Shown one piece after another: positions 54,570 to 64,000 of a DNA stretch of 64,000 nt; within the stretch, counting starts at the first letter, position 1; each line of letters starts with the position of its first letter. Position numbers and translations under genes: made by a program. Origin of the DNA: Candidatus Marinacidobacterales bacterium. GTDB taxonomy: Bacteria > Acidobacteriota > Vicinamibacteria > Marinacidobacterales > DATDRI01. The stretch is from positions 1,152,001 to 1,216,000 of the forward strand of contig OZ244742.1 of assembly GCA_965219415.1 (NCBI GenBank), in the 5' to 3' direction. Under the pieces are notes generated by a model. The model saw only the letters and a program-made list of their open reading frames with translations. It was not told the DNA's origin and searched no databases.

Positions 54570-57442
54570 ATGAAACTCTTTCCTGTTAGGGCACTCTGCC
54601 TTGGTCTCTTCGTTCTGTTCGGCTCGCTGGCATATGCTCAGAACGGCAAAATCACCGGCAAAGTCACGGATGGCCAAGGCGGCGTGCTTCCCGGCGCCAC
54701 CGTCGTATCGAAGAATGTCGATACGGGGATGGGTTACACCTTGGCGACCAACGCCACGGGCACGTACGTGTTTCCCTCCCTTCCGCCAGGTGAGTACAAG
54801 GTGGCAGTCTCCATGTCTGGGTTCAGGACTTACGAGCTCAACGGGCTCCGGCTGAGAACAGGCCGCAGCCTCACAGTCGATGCTGCCCTTTCGTTATCCG
54901 GGGTCGAAGAAACCCTCACCGTCACCGCTGAGACTCCCTTGATCCAGACTCGAGAGTCGAAAGTCGGAGGCGTCGTCGACGACGTCCAAATCGAGAACGT
55001 ACCGATCAACACGCGCGACGTGCAGCAGCTCGCGCTTCTCGTCCCGGGAGCGAGAATCGCGAATACGTTCGACCCCACGAAGACGCGCGTCCCCGCCATC
55101 AGCTTCGGCACCAACGGCTCCGGCCGTGGGATCCTCTATCTACTCGATGGTGGCGATAACACCGATGAAGTTGTGGGTGGCATCGTGCAGCAGGTGTCGA
55201 TGGACTCGGTCCAGGAGTTCGAGGTCGTGATCTCGCGCATCAAGCCTGAGTTTGCCCGCGCCTCGGGGGGAGCCATTTCGATCGTTACCAAATCGGGAAC
55301 CAACGAGTTTCACGGCTCGCTCTTCGAGTTATTTCGCGACCGGAGCCTCAATGCGAGAACCGAGCAGGAGAACCTCGCCGACCTCGAGAAGGGTCCGTTC
55401 AGACGCCACCAGTTCGGGGGCAACTTGGGCAGCCCCATCGTTCGAGACAATGCTTTCTTTTTCGTGACCTACGAAACGATCGTCGAAGACGTCTTTTCGG
55501 TTCTGGGAGTTCCACCGGAAGTTGAAGCCCTCTACGACCCCAAATTCCTCAAGGAGCATGGGGGTCTCGGGAGAGTCGATCAACCCTACCGCCGCAGCTA
55601 CTTGTCGGCGAAATACACACAGCAATTCAACGCGCAAAACCGGCTCGATGTTCGTTTCGCGCTCGAGGACAACCAGCGCGAGGGTGATCACGTCGGCGGC
55701 GGACCAAGGGGTCAACCGGACCCGTGACAACTCGACGATTCAGACCAACGATCTATGGAGCATTCTTGGGCGGGTGCAGACGATCGTGGGTACGCAAGGG
55801 CTCAACGAGCTCGTCTTCCAGGCCAGCGATTGGACCAACATCATCCTGGGTGTACGACAACCCGACTTCCAGACAAGTGTACCCAACTTTGACTTTCCGA
55901 GCCTGGTGGTTGGGCAGAACGGAATCGCTCCGCAAAGGACGTTCCAGCGGAAATACCAGTTCCGGGATACGTTCTCCTACTCACTCGATAACCACGATAT
56001 CAAGTTCGGCGGCGGCGTCCTGCGATGCGATCCCTGCGGGGGGGGAGTTATTCTCCAACGCGCCGTTCTTTGTCTACGCGAACGATGGTGACCCCATCGA
56101 CCAACCCCTGTGGTTCACGCGATTCGAGAAACTTCCCCCGATCGAGTTCCCCAACACGGTCTACGGTGGATTCATCCAAGACGATTGGCGTATCGGCGAG
56201 TCGCTGACTCTCAACCTCGGAATCCGCTACGACTATGAGCATGGCGCGTTATCGAACGTTCCTTACGGCGACACCGGGTTGCATCTCGTCGACGATCCCC
56301 GCAGCCCTTACTTCGGCCAGGGGAACTGCCGAGGAGAGTTCAACGGCGTCCCGAACGCCTTTTGCCTCGAAGACGACGGTGACAACTGGGCTCCGCGCAT
56401 CGGTTTCGCGTATGACATAGGAGCCCGCGGCGAGACGGTGGTCCGCGGAGGTTGGGGGCGCTTCTATGACAGGATCATCAGCAACGCCACGATCTTCACG
56501 TTCACCGATGCGATTGGAGTTCGCGGGATCTCCCTTTTCATGCCAAGCTTTGGACCCGACAATACGCCGCCTTTCGATGAACTCATCGAAAGCGGTGGGT
56601 TCGTGATCAATGGAGATAACATCGTGGCGCCTGGCTTTGAGCTCCCCTATTCGGACCAGTTCTCACTCGGCTTCAGTCACCAGATCACTCCGACTCTAGC
56701 CTTCGACGCCGATTACATTCGATCGAACGGGCGCGACCGCGGAAAGCGATTCGACCAAAACGAAAGGTCCGTCCCCTTTGACCAATCCTCTCGCCTGTTC
56801 TCCCCAGACGTACGCGGTCGTGTCCGCGTCATCGACTCTATTGGCGTAGATGCCTACGACGGACTCCAACTCTCTTTTCGAAAACGTTATGGGAACAACC
56901 TGCAATTCACGCTCAACTACACTCTCGCCGATCTGCGAGGAAACTCCGAGACCGGATTCAGTGGAAGTGAGGAAGCCGAATGTATTCCCTGCATTGGGGA
57001 TGACCGGGATATCGGCCCCTACCGGAACGATACGCGGCACAACTTCATTGGAAGTTTTATTGCCACACTTCCGTCAGACTTTCAGGCCTCCATGCTTGTC
57101 ATGATGGAAAGCGGCCGGGCGCGAACCGCGGAGTCGGTCTTCGACTTGAACGGAAACGGACGCCGCAAGGACTTCACGCCAGGCCCCACCGGCGAACCCG
57201 CAGGAAGAGGCAATTTCCGCGGCGAGCCGGTCTACAATTTCGACCTGCGGGTTGCGAAGTTCTTCCGGTTCGGCGGCCAGAAGGAGCTCCAGGCCATCTT
57301 CGAGGTGTTCAACGTCTTCAATCGCGTGCAAAGGCAACGCCACTTCGAGGAAGTGTTCGAATCACCCAACTTCGGTGAATGGGACGGCAGCGTCGCGCTT
57401 CCGCAGCGCCAAATACAGCTCGGGGTCCGATTTACTTTCTAG
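54570..57442 (+). pseudogene. TonB-dependent receptor (Oar-like, carboxypeptidase-regulatory N-domain) with two frameshifts
   Basis: ITGKVTDGQGGVLPGATV, SVQEFEV, TKSGTNEFHGS, QDDWR..LTLNLGIRYD, APRIGFAYD, C-terminal QLGVRFTF; frame changes near 55710 and 56030. Confidence 0.92.
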
Positions 57443-57546
57443 AGCGGCCCGAGCCCTTCTCCTCTCTACGCCTACTTGTAGTATCGTAGGCTTGTCGAGA
57501 GACGTCCCTCTCGCAAACCAATTCTTTGATCCGGAGGAGTAAACGG

Positions 57547-60000
57547 GTGCAATCTAATCGCTTCCTGAGCCTTGCTGCCCTCACTGTTCTAACCCTTTCG
57601 CTCACGGCTTGGCCGCAGGGAGCCAGGGCACAAGCCCAGCAAGACGGGACCGGCTGGCCGCAGTTCCGAGGACACAACGTCGACGGCATCTCGACCGAAC
57701 GGGCCGTCTTCTCGAACCCGCCCGAGTTCAGCCTCGAGATCGCTTGGAAAAAGTCCATCGGTAGTGGCTATTCGGGAATCGCCATCGCCAACGGGCTGGG
57801 TGTGACGATGTTCGAGGCGGGAGAAGCCAGCGTGGTCGTGGCGTTCGATGCGGCGACCGGGGAAGAACAATGGCGCTTCGAGATCGGTCCCCGTCATCAA
57901 GGGCTCAATGGCTCATATGACGGTCCCATCTCAACTCCCCTTATAACCGGAAATATCGTGGTCGCCCTCGATCCGTGGGGGCGGTTGGTCGGTCTCGATG
58001 TGTTGGCCGGTGAGCTGGTGTGGTCGATCGATCTCCCGAAGGAGCTCGAGTCCAAGAGGCCCCTCTACGGCTATTCGACGTCACCGATTCTCTTCGACGG
58101 TACGGTCGTAGTACAGATCGGGTCGCCAGATGCCGCGGTCGCAGGACTGGATCCAGAGACCGGGAAGCGATTATGGACGGCTGGCGCCGACGAGATCGGT
58201 TATCAGAGTCCGGTGGCGCTCACGACAAACGGCCGCCGTCAAGCAATCGCCGCCGGTCAGAAGAAGTTGATGTCCATCGATCCATCGACCGGCAGACTTC
58301 TCTGGGAATACGACCACGGTGGCGGGGGCATCATCGGTGCCGCAAGCCTGGTCCCCGTCGCCGCCGGCCAGGACAGGCTGTTCCTCGCCAACAAAGACCA
58401 GTCGTCCAAACTCGTCGAGCTGACCGAGGACGCGAACGGCGTAGTCGCCCACGAGAAGTGGCAGAATAGGACAATACGCAACAGCTACACCGTGCCGCTC
58501 TACCATGATGGCTATGTCTATGGGTTCAGTAGCCGGTTCCTCACTTGCGTCGACGCTGCCACGGGACAAGCCGCGTGGAGATCGCGGCCGCCCGGCGATG
58601 GCTTCGTGATCCTCGTTGACGGACACTTGGTCATCCTGACGAAGAACGGCAGCGTACATGTCGCAAGAGCGAGTCCCGAGAGCTACCAGGAAGTAGCGAG
58701 CCTCCAGCTATTCGAAGACCTTGCCTGGACACCGCCGGCTTTCGCCGATGGCCACATTTACGTTAGGAGCCTCGGCGAACTGGCGCGGGTGGACATCCGG
58801 CCGATGACGATCCTGGCCGAGGCAGAAGCCGCTCCGAAGGATATGGCTCCTCCCCAGGAACGGTTCCAGCAGTTCTTGGTCGACGTCGCCAAGATGGAAC
58901 GACCGGAGGACAAGCGAGCCGTCGTCGATCGTTTTCTTGATTCCATCGAACAGTTCCCCTTCATCGAAGGGGAGAATCGTGTTCACTTCATCTACCGCGG
59001 GCCCGGAGAGGACCTCGCCATCGGCGGGGACATGGTCGGATCGCGTCAGGAAAGCCCTATGGCCCGAGTGAAAGGGACGGACCTGTTTTACTACTCGACC
59101 GAGCTCGAGCCGGACGCCCGGGTAAACTACCTCTTCATTCGGGACTACGAGGAGATCACCGACACCCGCAACCCGAGATCGACGACCACCGGCATCTACG
59201 GGCCGGATATGGAACTCACCGGAAGTGACGACAACCCCATGGCGATGTCATGGGTGGCCATGCCCCGCTGGCAGGCGCCCTCCCATTTGGCGGAACCTCC
59301 TGCCGATGCATCGCGCGGCCGCATCGTGACCCACGAATTGGAGAGCAAGGTCTACGAGGAATCGCACAAGGTTCACATCTATCTACCGGCGGGTTACGAG
59401 GAGACCAACACTCGCTACCCGGTTGCCTATTACCACAGCGGTCGCGGCGCACTCGAAAGAGGCGAGGTGCCCAAAAGCTTGGACAACCTGCTGGGCAAGA
59501 AGGTTGCGCCCTTCGTCGCGGTCTTCATCGAGCGCGACTCGGAGTTTTTTCCGACCAAATACGTCGACATGTGGTCAGACGAGGTCGTGCCTTTCATCGA
59601 TGGAAACTACCGAACCATCGCTACGCCGGAGGGACGCGCCAATATAGCCGGCGGCTTCGCTGGATTCCATGCGCTCTATCTCACAGTCAAGCGGCCGGGT
59701 ATCGTCGGCAAGGTCGCCGTACAATCCGTCGCGTTCTTGGATTTCCAATTAGTTCCGTTCGAAGGCCTCGTGCGCACCGCCGCCGAGCAGCCCCTCGACA
59801 TCTATATCGAGTGGGGTACCCACGACATGCAGAATCCTCAAGAGGCTTGGGACATCCGCGACGCGGATCGCAAACTCGTAGAGTTCCTAACCAGTCGCGG
59901 CTACTCCGTCGCCGGAGGCGAGGTGCACGATGGTACGGGATGGTCGAGCTGGAAGAACCGCACCGACCGTGTGTTGGAAAGCTTGTTCCCGCTCGATTGA
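57547..60000 (+). CDS. PQQ-like beta-propeller fused to a Fes-like esterase fold
   Basis: Signal peptide, WPQFRG, repeated DA.TG...W, then IYLPAGYE....YPV, PFIDGNYRT. Confidence 0.88.
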   Translation: MQSNRFLSLAALTVLTLSLTAWPQGARAQAQQDGTGWPQFRGHNVDGISTERAVFSNPPEFSLEIAWKKSIGSGYSGIAIANGLGVTMFEAGEASVVVAFDAATGEEQWRFEIGPRHQGLNGSYDGPISTPLITGNIVVALDPWGRLVGLDVLAGELVWSIDLPKELESKRPLYGYSTSPILFDGTVVVQIGSPDAAVAGLDPETGKRLWTAGADEIGYQSPVALTTNGRRQAIAAGQKKLMSIDPSTGRLLWEYDHGGGGIIGAASLVPVAAGQDRLFLANKDQSSKLVELTEDANGVVAHEKWQNRTIRNSYTVPLYHDGYVYGFSSRFLTCVDAATGQAAWRSRPPGDGFVILVDGHLVILTKNGSVHVARASPESYQEVASLQLFEDLAWTPPAFADGHIYVRSLGELARVDIRPMTILAEAEAAPKDMAPPQERFQQFLVDVAKMERPEDKRAVVDRFLDSIEQFPFIEGENRVHFIYRGPGEDLAIGGDMVGSRQESPMARVKGTDLFYYSTELEPDARVNYLFIRDYEEITDTRNPRSTTTGIYGPDMELTGSDDNPMAMSWVAMPRWQAPSHLAEPPADASRGRIVTHELESKVYEESHKVHIYLPAGYEETNTRYPVAYYHSGRGALERGEVPKSLDNLLGKKVAPFVAVFIERDSEFFPTKYVDMWSDEVVPFIDGNYRTIATPEGRANIAGGFAGFHALYLTVKRPGIVGKVAVQSVAFLDFQLVPFEGLVRTAAEQPLDIYIEWGTHDMQNPQEAWDIRDADRKLVEFLTSRGYSVAGGEVHDGTGWSSWKNRTDRVLESLFPLD

Positions 60001-60023
60001 CGGCGTCTCTGCTCAGGAAATGT

Positions 60024-60722
60024 TCAGGAAGCCGAGGACTCAGCCCTGAGGCGTCGGACCCGAGCCGCGTAGGAGCGTGCGGCGCTCTCTTCATCCAGGC
60101 GGAGGAACTGCGCGTACTGTCGGACAAAATTCTTGAGATAAATCTCCACCGGTAGACGGTCCAGCCTCTCTTCTTCGATATAGCCGAGCATGGTCACACC
60201 AATCTTCGTCTCGTGAGAGATGGAGCGAAGATCCACCCCCGCCGCTTCGCGTGCCTTCTTGAGGAAAGCGCCCGACGCTTCTTCCTTGATACCTAGGGTG
60301 ACCTTGGGACGTTCGGGAGGCTCCTCGGATCGCGCCGGAATCTCCACCAATCGAGGGTAGGCCATCTCGGGAGCCGCGGAGGACCCCGATATCGAAGGCT
60401 TGGGCGAAGTTGTCGCGGCAACCCCTGCCGGAATTTCCGGGATTGTCGGCGCCGGTTCAGGACTCGTTGACCTGGCACGACTCGAGAGGCGCTGATCGTA
60501 GAGGCGTCGGCTGTCCTCGGCAACGAGCGTGTGGTAGGCCTCGGTGACGCGCTCGAGGATCTGTCGCCGCTCTTCCGGAGTCAGGATGGCGGCCGAAACG
60601 ACCGACTCGCTTGCGTAAACGTCGCGAGCTCGCTCATAGGCGGCTTGGATCTCTTCCGTCGTGGCGCGGTCGTTGATCTCGAGGACTTCGTAGTAGTTCT
60701 GGTCCGAGGGACGGTCCAACAT
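60024..60722 (-). CDS. J-domain-like plus RodZ-type HTH protein
   Basis: NYYEVLEI...AT..EI..AY...EAY.TL.....R.LYD; GAFLKKARE, TKIG...L..IEE, YLKNFVRQYA. Confidence 0.85.
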   Translation of the reverse strand: MLDRPSDQNYYEVLEINDRATTEEIQAAYERARDVYASESVVSAAILTPEERRQILERVTEAYHTLVAEDSRRLYDQRLSSRARSTSPEPAPTIPEIPAGVAATTSPKPSISGSSAAPEMAYPRLVEIPARSEEPPERPKVTLGIKEEASGAFLKKAREAAGVDLRSISHETKIGVTMLGYIEEERLDRLPVEIYLKNFVRQYAQFLRLDEESAARSYAARVRRLRAESSAS

Positions 60723-60734
60723 AGTCGAACCGAG

Positions 60735-61919
60735 CTAGCCCGACCCGTTGCCGTTGGCGCCGTTCTTGATGGACGGGCTGGACGACTGGAGAAGATTCAC
60801 CGCCGCCTTCTCGAGACTCTGACCCGCCTCGGAGTCCGGGAACACCAACATGAAGGGTTTCTTTCGGCGGTTGGCTTGCCAGACGACGTCTTCATATTTA
60901 ATCGCGCCCAAACACTCGACCTCGATCCCCAGGTGCTTGCGACACACACTGGCCATCGAAGAACCTAGCCGCTCGTCTTCGGGGTAGCGAATCTGGTTGA
61001 TGATCAGGCGGGGACGAAACGATCTGGCCCTCGCCTTGAGAGCCTGCCCCGCCGCCTCGTCCTTCTTCTCCACCGCCTCGAGGAGATCGAACGGCGTGCG
61101 AATCCCTCGACGATTCTTTTCGTCCATCGCTTCCTCGATGACGGCACGCACTCCGCTGCCCTTTACGGCCGACCACAGATGGCGATAGAAACTCATCTTG
61201 AGAAAGCGATAAGCGTTCTCGATCGAGCTCGGCTCGGGAACGACGACTAGAAGGCCCGCTTCTGCCAGCAGGAAAAAGTCGGCGATATTGAACGAAATTC
61301 CGGCACCGATGTCCAGGAAGATGTAGTCGGCTTTGATACTTCGGATCTTGTTCAACAGACGCGTCTTTTGAAAGTACTTGAGGTTGGATGCGGTCAGATG
61401 GTCGTAGGCACCACTGATGAGCCCGAGGTTCGGGACGCCGGTCTCCATGATGACGTCTTCGATAGTAGAGACACGGCGGCTGATGAAGTCTCCGAGGCCT
61501 ACTTTGGGCGCGCTGAGGCCCAAGGCGGTATGGAGATTGGCTCCCCCAAGATCCGCATCGATGAGGACGACGCGGCGCCCTCTTCGCGCGAGGCAGATGC
61601 CCAGGCTGCTGGTGATGAGGCTCTTGCCGATGCCTCCTTTGCCACCCCCGACCGCCACGATGGACCGGCCCGGTGGTACGGGGTTCTCGTCCCCGGTTCG
61701 CTTCAGGCTTACCGCGGCTGGGACGACCTCGGCCACAGCACCGCCCCCGGCACCCATGGCGGCGGCGCTCAAGCGGGATTCTTCATGCCGCGCCCCCGGG
61801 CCGTCTAGCAGGCCTCGGGAGACACCGAACCCACTCGCTGACAGTTGACTCTTTGGGTTGGAGCCCAATCTCCCCCCCACGGAAGGCTTTTCGGGAAAAA
61901 CCGCTCCCGGCGGCTTCAT
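60735..61919 (-). CDS. MinD/FlhG-like P-loop ATPase
   Basis: GGKGGIGKS, DADLGGANLH, LDIGAG, PEPSSIENAYRFLK; start uncertain. Confidence 0.88.
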   Translation of the reverse strand: MKPPGAVFPEKPSVGGRLGSNPKSQLSASGFGVSRGLLDGPGARHEESRLSAAAMGAGGGAVAEVVPAAVSLKRTGDENPVPPGRSIVAVGGGKGGIGKSLITSSLGICLARRGRRVVLIDADLGGANLHTALGLSAPKVGLGDFISRRVSTIEDVIMETGVPNLGLISGAYDHLTASNLKYFQKTRLLNKIRSIKADYIFLDIGAGISFNIADFFLLAEAGLLVVVPEPSSIENAYRFLKMSFYRHLWSAVKGSGVRAVIEEAMDEKNRRGIRTPFDLLEAVEKKDEAAGQALKARARSFRPRLIINQIRYPEDERLGSSMASVCRKHLGIEVECLGAIKYEDVVWQANRRKKPFMLVFPDSEAGQSLEKAAVNLLQSSSPSIKNGANGNGSG

Positions 61920-62190
61920 GTTTCGATTCCGGAATCTAGAAGAAGGATGACGGCTACGAACCAAACTGTATCAGAGGTTGGGCTTAGGGTCAATAGGCGT
62001 CTGGCGCCGCCTAAACAGGCAATCACGTCAAATGACGCCTGAACGACGACATTCCCGCCTGGGAGCTCGATGAAGGCACCGCCGTGTTTCGCGACGCTAG
62101 AACTTAGGAGCTTCCCCACACGAATCAGGGAGAAACCGACCAGATCCCCGTCAGGAAAACTTTTTGTTGCAACAACTTAGCGGAATAGGC

Positions 62191-63564
62191 TCATTGCGTG
62201 GACGGTCCCCCTGGCATGGAGAGCACCGCGGGCACTGGGACCCCGTTGACCGCGGCAGGCTCGAAGTCGGCGCGGACGATGGCCATCAACATAAGAGGCA
62301 TCGGACCCTGGCCACTACCGGACAACTGCGCAGCTACCACGTTACCCTCGTGGTCGATGAGGAGCGCCAGGCCACTCTCTTCCGCGTCCCTCCGAGAACG
62401 GATCCAGCTGGGCCGCGCGATTTCCTTCTTGACGGTCGGCGGCTGGTAATTGGCGTCTTTCGCCTCCACCGCCCGAAGGGCCACCACGAAGGGTGCGGCG
62501 TCGTGGAGGAGGTAGTCAATATCGTCGCTGAAGGCGGAGCGGAACTCCTGTTGAGACCTCTGGAGGTCGGAATTGATCGCATAGAGATAGCCCAGTTGTA
62601 GATGCGCCTCGGTGTCCTTCGGATGCAACTCAACGAGAGCCTCGAAAAGCCCCAGTGCGTCCTCCAGGTTTCCGGCCAATGCGTGCGCGCGTGCAAGGAG
62701 GCGCAGGGCGCGCGTCTTGTCCGGCGCCGCCTGAAGCACCTCACCCAACCGATCGATCGCATCGTCGTAATTCCGCTGTGCCAACAAGGCTTCGCCAATG
62801 AGGAGCTGCGATTCGAGCCGCTCGGCGTCCGAAGAAGGCAGGAACGTGGCGAGCCAATTGATCGCCGACTCGTACTTACCTTCTTCGATGTAGACGCGCG
62901 ATTTCTCGATAGGGTCCTCGACTCCGATGAATTCCAAGACCGGCTCCGGCCGGGTGGGCTTGAGCGCGAAGTGGCGGGCGGCCTCGATGCCCCCTCGTGA
63001 GAGGCTAGCCGCGAACTTCGGATAGTTTTCTTCGATTCGCGAAAGGGTTTGCTCGTACTCATCCACGACACGCCAATTGTGCCCCTTGTGCACGATCCCG
63101 GTCTGGTTGACGCCAGCGGTAATGGTTCCGATATAAACCGGCCGATCCGCCGGAACCTCGAAGGTCGGGAACTTTTCGTCGCCCCGGGGTGAGACATAGA
63201 AACGCTGCTTTACAGGCCGGAACTTTTGCGGATCCATGGCCGTGCCGCGGGGAAAGTAGGTGGCCTCGATGCCGGTGATCCGATATCGGCCGGGTGGAAT
63301 GAGCTCTTCGATGTACCCCAGACCGTCCGTAATATCTAGGTATTGAGATTTTTCGGTCCCTACCTCGATCAGTTTGATCCGACGTCCCTTGAACTGGGGT
63401 CCCGAGAACTGTCCCTCGAACCGGCCGAGGACAACAGACCGCTTCTTCGAGGCCACATCGTCCCAGGATCGATCTCGCTTGAGGTCCTGCGCGAGGGCCG
63501 GCCAAGCCGTGGCCATGGCGATCAAGGCTCCGCACGTCATCACGACCTTAGCTAATTTTGGCAT
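62191..63564 (-). CDS. Exported TPR protein with TonB-C-like tail
   Basis: Signal peptide WPALA, TPR helices, FEPAAVNGVPV. Confidence 0.75.
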   Translation of the reverse strand: MPKLAKVVMTCGALIAMATAWPALAQDLKRDRSWDDVASKKRSVVLGRFEGQFSGPQFKGRRIKLIEVGTEKSQYLDITDGLGYIEELIPPGRYRITGIEATYFPRGTAMDPQKFRPVKQRFYVSPRGDEKFPTFEVPADRPVYIGTITAGVNQTGIVHKGHNWRVVDEYEQTLSRIEENYPKFAASLSRGGIEAARHFALKPTRPEPVLEFIGVEDPIEKSRVYIEEGKYESAINWLATFLPSSDAERLESQLLIGEALLAQRNYDDAIDRLGEVLQAAPDKTRALRLLARAHALAGNLEDALGLFEALVELHPKDTEAHLQLGYLYAINSDLQRSQQEFRSAFSDDIDYLLHDAAPFVVALRAVEAKDANYQPPTVKKEIARPSWIRSRRDAEESGLALLIDHEGNVVAAQLSGSGQGPMPLMLMAIVRADFEPAAVNGVPVPAVLSMPGGPSTQ

Positions 63565-63641
63565 GTACCCTCCTCGCTGACAGGCGTATGGATACCTCGT
63601 ACCACTCGAGCCGGCCGGCCGCAAGTGCGCCCCGTCACCGA

Positions 63642-64000
63642 CTAGCGACGTCGTATCGCCCGCAACCGATTCAGGGTGCTGGACGTCTTCTGCGCATCGG
63701 GATTGCTCTTGTCCGGAAACATCTGGTACGCCTTGGTAAGCGTCTGCTCGGCGAGCGAGTAGTGTTGCTCCTCGAAGTATTCGTGACCGATGCGACTATA
63801 GAGCGAAGCGATCTCTCCTTGCAGCGTCGGGTCCTCGCCCCGCACCATCTGAGCCAGCTCGAGTTGGTCAATGGCTTCTTCGTATCGCCCGTTCTGCAAA
63901 GCCAAGAAGCGACCGTACGCCGTGTAGTACTCAGGAGCTATGTCCGGATTGATCTTTGCAGCATCCACCGCTGCTTTGTAAGCCACTTCGGCGTCTTCCA
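63642..64000 (-). CDS. TPR protein, 3' part (runs off the window)
   Basis: YGRFLA...GRYEEAI, IGHEYFEEQHYSLAE. Confidence 0.7.
   Translation of the reverse strand, partial: EDAEVAYKAAVDAAKINPDIAPEYYTAYGRFLALQNGRYEEAIDQLELAQMVRGEDPTLQGEIASLYSRIGHEYFEEQHYSLAEQTLTKAYQMFPDKSNPDAQKTSSTLNRLRAIRRR

Noticed and set aside
1-64000. CRISPR array, cas genes, retron/RT or rRNA
   Set aside because: No regularly spaced repeat-spacer array, and no RT, Cas or rRNA signatures were seen.

Overview
A GC-rich bacterial chromosomal window. Gene content suggests Acidobacteriota (Vicinamibacteria-like), but that is an inference. Core and metabolic genes are intact: recA, tRNA-Phe, thiolase/hbd, dciA, a Tat-exported xanthine-dehydrogenase-family Mo-hydroxylase operon with mocA, maf, lat, LytS/LytTR, an ECF sigma factor and a MinD/FlhG ATPase. 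Many accessory genes are broken by small duplications, deletions, IS insertions and one ~1.4 kb microhomology inversion. About 8.7-19.8 kb is a decayed tRNA-Phe-integrated island carrying three IS256 types and an IS91/tyrosine-recombinase element. The strongest unannotated signal is a rhodanese lipoprotein (3909-4406, minus strand). Its apparent TGA stop lies in a C-T-U active-site loop, is followed by a SECIS-like hairpin, and the frame continues through a complete rhodanese C-terminal half, so it is probably a selenoprotein missed by the ORF track. Other leads are a Mo-hydroxylase whose FAD subunit lacks the PaoB [4Fe-4S] ligands but is followed by a 5-Cys microprotein and DUF1326, an integrase ORF reading through the tRNA, and a beta-propeller/pseudo-esterase fusion behind a TonB-dependent receptor.
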